The position numbers and the translations under genes were made by a program. The notes under the pieces were generated by a model that searched no databases, was not told the DNA's origin, and saw only the letters and a list, made by a program, of their open reading frames with translations. From the NCBI GenBank assembly GCA_002269645.1, contig NIVC01000037.1:558001-622000 (forward strand): a stretch of DNA of 64,000 nt, in the 5' to 3' direction. This stretch comes from Macrostomum lignano. Taxonomy: Eukaryota. Shown here in pieces: positions 25,201 through 64,000 of this stretch (positions within the stretch are counted from its first letter, which is position 1; each line of letters starts with the position of its first letter).

Positions 25201-27956
25201 TAATTAATATCTTTTAACTTCTCTTACTTTTAATGATCCTCTTCTATCATTTACCACAATAATTGACAAAGTAAAGAATGTCAGCAATACTTTAACCCAT
25301 CACTCTTAAACAGACATTTATCCTAATATTAGCCCCTATAACCCTAACAATACAATATGCAAGTGGTATAAAAATATCTATTGATGAGTCTCTGACCTTG
25401 TGGACTTAAGACTTCTCTTAAAACAGCTTTAAATGTTTAATAAACATTCATTTCTATTGCTCTATCCTTCTACCTATGAAATCTATGATTTTAATGATCT
25501 TTTAAGTTTTAGTTATTGAGTGGCCAATATTATTAAATATAGGAACCAGATAAAAATGCATTTCTGTAAGGATATCTAAATCTATCTATACATATCCTGA
25601 AAATATATACCCTATATATCTTCCATCTAGACCAATGCTTAGTTAACAGTTGTTTTGTCTATTGCCATTTCGTTTGCTCTTTTGTCCACAAAACTATGAT
25701 ACAATCACTTTGTCAACTAGAAAATATTAAATTTAATGTCACCTATCAGTATTATAGGTTTAGAATTCAAAAAAATAACAAGATAACAATCTCATTTTTT
25801 AATAATACTGACAATTGATAAGTACTTATTAATGCAAGGTACCATTTAAATAGTACTATTGTTATTTACATAGTAACTAAAATAAATACAAGGTTTATAT
25901 ATTGTGTAATACTTTTATTGTTTGTTTCTTCTGAAACACCCTTTGTACTTAAAATCATTAATAGTACAATCTAATAAAAACCTAATGCTATAAACATATA
26001 TAAATCATGCCTAAACTCCATCTACTAGCTTTAGTTAGTTTGAACTCATATGAAAAAATATTTAGGGACAAATATTCAGTAGTCCCTGATAAGATAAATA
26101 TTTATAAGGTATTTATTTTAGTTACCAAATAAAAACACTGGCAATATCTACACAATACCATACAATTGCAAGCTATCTTGCAGAATTGTTCATTAAACTC
26201 ACTATATGCACATTTTTTAGCTATTGATATAAAACCTTCCAAAAATGAGTATTTTCATTAAGCCAACATTTTAGAAGTGTTTAGGCATTAAAATTCCATT
26301 GTTAATTGTTAATTGAAATAGCACAATACATGTTGGAACAAAAGTCATCCACAAGTTATTTTTAGGTAGAAAGCACTTTATTTGCAATATTTGTAGCTTA
26401 GTAGCAAAATATTTCTAACCCAAACCCCTCTTTTTAGAGCCTTAAAGTATGTAATTCATTTTGGCAATAGACACATTTTTGCCATTGACATTAGTGCAAA
26501 AGTTCAAAATTACATAAATTGTAAATAGTTATTAAAATAAAAAAAAACCCTGGAAATTGCAATCAAAGTTAAGTTGCAACCCTGCACAATTGAATTTTAT
26601 TGCCAAAACACTTCTAAAATGTTGGCATAATGAACATAATAAAAATATTCATTTTTGGAAAGTTTCATGTCAATAGCTAAAAAATATGTGTACAGTGAGT
26701 TTAATGCATGATTCTGCAAGATAGCAATTGCAAATAATGAATGCTATCTTTGTGCCATAGTTGGAAAGGTGGCACAGTGTGCGCCGGAACTATTTTGATG
26801 GCTTTTGAGCATTGCACGCCGTGTGCCGTGAAGAAAATATTTTATGTGCCGCAGCGCGCCATGATAAGGTAAGTCTAAGGTAAGGTAAGGTAATTAATAA
26901 TTCACTGGTAAACAAATTTGAATTTATGGTAGACAAATTTGAATTTAATTTACATATTTTATATCATGATTTACATAATTTTAGTACTCTTTGATAGTAT
27001 AACATTTTATTTTACGAATTATGGAATTAGGCCTAACACTATATATTTTGCAAAGTATAACAAAGTGTAACTATATATTTTTTCAGCGCCATGCGCCATG
27101 TGCGCCGCCAGAGCATTTCCAATTTTTCCTTGTACCTCATGTGCGCCGTGTGTGCCAAAAAAGGGCCAATTTGTGCTAGAAAATTCACCAAAAACTGCTA
27201 CCTTCCCAGCTATGGTCTTTGTGCCTTTATAATTGTATCTTTCTTAATTTATATTTTCATTTTCTTCTAAAGTATATTTTATATTACTTTATAATAAAAC
27301 AATATTTGTAGTTATAACTCACTATTCTTTGGAGTCCCAAGTTTAGAATGAGAAAGTGACACATTATAGTCTCAAGGATTGACCTTAGTTTTTAGATACA
27401 TTTGAACTTAACAATATCTATAAATTGAATATTGGTATTAACACACTGACCAAACTTAAAAGCATGCCATTTGGCTAGATGTCCTGTCTTTTAAAGTTTA
27501 AAGTGGATGATTAAACAAAAAGTTTAAGATAACAGAGTTAGGCCTATAAGATGATAAAGTATCTAGGAACCATTAATATTGGTATTGAATTTGTATCTAG
27601 GCTTAAAATATGAAATTTCAAAGGCCTACTTTGCTATGCCTCAACAAAAAACTAAAATTAAATGCTATAAGTATTTACTGTAACTATTATAGGCTTCTTT
27701 ATCTACCAGCAATGGCTAACATACAAAGTCCCTATATTAGGCCTATACAAAAAGCATCAAAAAACATTAAACAAAAACAACGAAAACAAGTCACTTGTTC
27801 AAAGAATTATTATCAACTAACCTCACGACACTTTTTACGAAGGATCCAAGAGAAGAATGTCAATACTTTTGAGAAAGACAAAAAAAAGTTTCTAATTAGA
27901 GCAAAGACTCCTACTTGAAACCAAGCTACTCGTTCATTCCTTTGACTCAAAAGCAT
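22235..27956 (-). CDS. CTDNEP1: CTD nuclear envelope phosphatase 1 / Dullard (HAD FCP/SCP family), 5 coding exons, 252 aa
   Basis: Exons on minus: 27822-27956 ([45 protein letters not shown]), 24691-24757 ([22 protein letters not shown]), 24482-24600 ([23 protein letters not shown]...ADFIVH), 23444-23744 ([37 protein letters not shown]...YIKNL...GAYRTFP), 22235-22371 ([19 protein letters not shown]...SRNLHRS*). All introns GT-AG, phases consistent, total 759 nt. DLDET catalytic motif and the overall sequence match CTDNEP1 as recalled. Confidence 0.93.
22612..23348. repeat. 28-bp minisatellite in Dullard intron 4
   Basis: GGCCCAGCAACTGAGGATCTGGGAGGCT and variants. Confidence 0.97.
23800..24462. 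repeat. 28-bp minisatellite filling Dullard intron 3
   Basis: GAAATCCCATTATTCCACACCTCATAGT and variants. Confidence 0.97.
24899..25087. mobile_element. hAT-type MITE in Dullard intron 1
   Basis: TIRs CAGTAGCGAAACCAG / CTGGTTGCGCCACTG and a perfect 8-bp TSD CATTGTAT on both sides. Confidence 0.85.
26163..26733. mobile_element. Long-TIR foldback element (about 150-bp arms)
   Basis: 26163-26312 is the imperfect reverse complement of 26585-26733 (e.g. gccaacattttagaagtg / cacttctaaaatgttggc). Confidence 0.6.
26755..27215. mobile_element. hAT-type MITE in Dullard intron 1
   Basis: TIRs CCATAGTTGGAAAGGT / ACCTTCCCAGCTATGG, perfect 8-bp TSD TCTTTGTG, subterminal gcgcc/gtgcc repeats. Confidence 0.85.
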
Positions 27957-29813
27957 TTTACTACTTAAATTGCGTATAGATCAAAACGGAACCGAAAAAT
28001 CTCTTAAATTATGATTTACCGTCTGTAATATCTATTGTTAATAATAAGTATAATATACTCTTTCTTAGTATTACACGAACACGAGGCAAACTGATTAAAC
28101 GAAATTTTTTGTTCTCCGAAAAATATAGTCAAACGGATATTTTGAAAAGTAAACAAAAAAGACGACAAAATTATCTGACGGAATGGAATAGTTAGAGAAA
28201 ATTACAAATTTCTGTTGTGTGAATTTAGCAGAAATATAAATCTAAAATTCTGAGTTACAAGTTTCTGACGACCTAACAGCTTTTTTTTAGCCTAAGCTGC
28301 CTAATTTCAACTTTCAAGTCAAAGTGTGCTCGAACTGTTTCGAGAGAACAGTCATTATAATAAGATTTTTTGTTTGTGTTCTTTTTCTTGTTGCTTACAA
28401 AATTATGTTGTTTTTTCATATCGGCGAGATAGATAATGCTCACGCTACAAAAGCAGATAAGATGTAAATGAAAGAGGCTGTTGAGTGTTAAGTACTTTTA
28501 TACATTTAGAGAAATTTACACAAAATTTAATTGTGATCTTTTTTGATAAGCCTGCTGTTGTATTACTGATTGTAAGAAATTAAAAGTTGGACCTTTCGAT
28601 CACGAATTATGCATCCTTCAGACATAAAAATATACGGGATTTAGAACTAAAAAACGGTTGTATTACAATTATAATCAAGTTGTGCCGCCCTACTTTAGCT
28701 TAACATTGTCGAAAAAAACACCGAGTGATAGTATATCAAAAATAAAAACATACTTTACCAGGTTTAAATGAAATTTAACAAATATTTGTAGCTTTTACAA
28801 AGTTATAAAGATTTAAATATCATTCTGAAAATAACGGAACATATTCCTTTGTTTCTATGTAAAATAGTGGCATACGCTTTTAACTTGGAAACCGTGATCA
28901 CTGAATTATTTATGTTGTCGCGCTTTCATTAATTAATATTTATGTGTATTCACCTGCCTTATCCTTCGACAGTTTCCCGTTTTGTCAGAAATGTTTGAAG
29001 CGGTGGGTATTGGTATTTTCTTTTTTGGTTGCTATTGAGAGTAAAAAATGTTATTCAATGCTATAAAAAATAAGGAAAGACTATCATTTTTCCATGGCTG
29101 ATGATGACCATGACGGCATGACCATGTTATTGTAACAGTATTGTAACTTTTGAAAATATGACTTAGATTTAGATTATTTTACTGGACGTTACTACTGGAA
29201 GTGAAAATTTTAAGAGATTTTTTTTTATACAAACAGGCTTTTTTCTGCATCTTTAGACCATTTGATCAAATGTCAATTTTGATACCATATAGTTTCAAAA
29301 AATATTCGATTCATTTGCAGCCTTCCCCTCCATGACGTCAGGGAAATTAATTGTGATCGTTTCAATGTTTCTAAATGACGATTTTTTATTATCGAATAAG
29401 AACTATAACCTTATCTATAGACCATTGTCAGTTGTTAAAAACTAAAATAAAGGCGATAACAATACAAATTTAAATTACTGTTGCTAGTGCCTGGAATTTC
29501 ACATTATGTTATTCAAAAAAATAATAGTAATGGCAGCAGGTAGCTCTAGTTTAAAATTTAAAGTTTTGTACTTTATTGTATGTTTGTATTGAGTATTTTT
29601 TAAGCTAAGTGAAACTGAGTCAAATATAGAATCCATGGTGTTGGCTGGGATGCTGCCAATTTATTGGTAGATAATTTAATAAACATGTCATTGAGACTTA
29701 GTCATCTTGTTTTAAGACTTCAAGCTTATAAAAGTTGGCATGAAAATTATATGACTTGCATACCCTACCATGCACCGATAATCTCTGCTGAAAAAATCCT
29801 AATCTACTCACAG

Positions 29814-42489
<12,676 letters not shown>

Positions 42490-43639
42490 ATTTCGACAAA
42501 CGGGATTTGACAGGATCATACAGATTGGGCTTCGCCGCGGCAAACCATTCAGTTTTGGATTTTTATGAAAAAAAGGTTAATGGAAAAAACTCAAGTATTT
42601 ATTGTTGTTTTGTTAACGTGGCAGTTATATTTTATGAATTTTTGTCCATCATCCCTGAACTGTGATACACGAGTGTGTCAATTAAACCAGCAATTTAGTA
42701 TTTTTGTCTATTATGTACAACTCTTGACTTTGTTATTTTTTATATTTTATATGGAAATTGCCTCTTAATTTCTAAAGACTGAAATCTAACTTACTTTAAT
42801 TGTTACCTATATAGTAAAGGTTGTTTTTAATTTTTCTGCTAACGAATCTGTCAGGTAGGTTATGAATTGCTCTTTGTTCCATAATTGTGATATTATTATT
42901 TCTGCAGCTGATACTTATTTTATAAAAATTGCAGTTCATTTAGCGAAAGCCGACACTCAAGAGATTTTTCTATTTTCTATTTATTTTTCCTTAGATTAAA
43001 CCCCAAAATAACGTATATTTGCATAGCTATGCATATTTTATCTGTGTATTAACACTCAGCATCTACTGAGTCGCAGGTATACTGATGCTAATGCAGTTAC
43101 TTTAGAAAAATTAAAAAAAATATCTTTGAAGGAAAAATACCTTCATGCTTGTAATGCTGTCTAAATATACAATTCCTATTGTTAAATTATAGTATAGACC
43201 CGAAACACTAAATCGCTTTTATGCATACATATTATAGTTTGCATACGTTTTGTAAATTTCTTTCGTGCTTCTTTCACAGCAATCAACTTCAATGAGCCCA
43301 CGCTATTTTTAGCTGAAATACTCGTACATGTATGTGTCATAGGAGTCAAAATGAATCGGTTTCTATTATTATTCGACTTTACAACTTTAGCTCGCACACT
43401 CGTACAGGCCAGAGACGAAATAAAAAAAAGAATTTGTTTCTTTAGTACAAAAATACATGTACGTACGTAATGTGCATTTGGAATTATACATGTATGTTTT
43501 AAAAAATTCCTGATTTGAAGCGCACGAAGCGTTTCTGTGAAAATGAACCGCATGAATTCTCCGATTAATTGTTATAGTGCTTAGTAAAAGGATAACTGCA
43601 CTATATTAAAAATGATAGCTAGAGTAGATATAGGGATAG

Positions 43640-43730
43640 CGACGTTTGCCTGCGGGACGTTTGCCAGCCGACGTTTGCCTGCGGGACGTTTGCCAGCCGA
43701 TGTTTGCCAGCTGACCTTTGCCAGCCAACA
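43640..43730. repeat. Short tandem gacgtttgcc(agcc/tgcgg) repeats
   Basis: About 6 copies in otherwise AT-rich intergenic DNA; may be a transposon subterminal array. Confidence 0.7.
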
Positions 43731-44233
43731 TTCAGTCAGTGAGTGAAAAATTTGATACTGAAATATTCGTAGTTTACAAGATATTACAAGTCTTTCTTTT
43801 TCTTAATTTTTCAGAAATTTTAAAACGCATTAAGATGCCAAGAATTCACATTCTTCAAAGATAGAGAACAAACTTCAAAGTTTTAAGTTTAATAACGAAA
43901 ACTGTTGCAAAAGGCAATTGATATATTCTGTGGGAAACGAAAAACAATTTTCAAACGGTAGATTCTTTTAACAATATTCTTTTTGCTTTTGTATAAGTAC
44001 ACACTTTAAGTATTTATTTTACTGCGGTTTTGATTCGAAGATGCATGACGCGCACATTTAAGTTATCGCTTTGTGATGTAAATTTTTGTATATTTTGCAT
44101 TATCCTAAGCGGCAGATTGACTCATATCTTGAAAAAGGAGTCTAGTTTTTTTATTTTGAATCGTATTTATTTATAGAATGCTTTCAATGCGTACGATGTG
44201 ATTTAGATTTTTCCTGGTCAATCATGCCCCATC

Positions 44234-63917
<19,684 letters not shown>

Positions 63918-64000
63918 ATAGTATGTCTGGTTTCGCTTGTAAAAAAGTAAATCCAACTCAAATCCGCGCCCAAACGGCCCTGAAACATTGTTTGACAATC

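Overview
Eukaryotic (metazoan) genomic DNA with GT-AG introns. The GC-rich, poly-Ala/Pro/Gly exons and very dense minisatellites suggest a Macrostomum-like flatworm; this is inference and was not checked. Three multi-exon genes can be spliced by eye with consistent phases: a CTDNEP1/Dullard phosphatase (minus, 22235-27956, 5 exons, 252 aa), a C1orf87-like EF-hand protein (plus, ~29814-42489, 5' part incomplete), and a BRSK/SAD-1 kinase (plus, 44234-63917, 10 exons, ~852 aa). A candidate three-exon 64-aa secreted-peptide gene (minus, 14338-15034) is not represented as a spliced gene in the ORF track. About 30 different tandem arrays, several hAT-type MITEs with 8-bp TSDs and tRNA-headed SINE copies fill introns and the gene-poor first 21 kb. 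Most long ORFs in the track are repeat artefacts. Most notable: (1) a ~410-bp foldback element downstream of the Dullard stop that contains a degenerate 28S rRNA H69-H71 (R2-target) fragment, a long hairpin and twin consensus splice donors; (2) minisatellites that multiply real splice sites; (3) an Asn-to-Tyr change in the metal-binding DNSP motif of Dullard; (4) the small secreted-peptide candidate. No CRISPR array, complete rRNA gene or complete tRNA gene was found.
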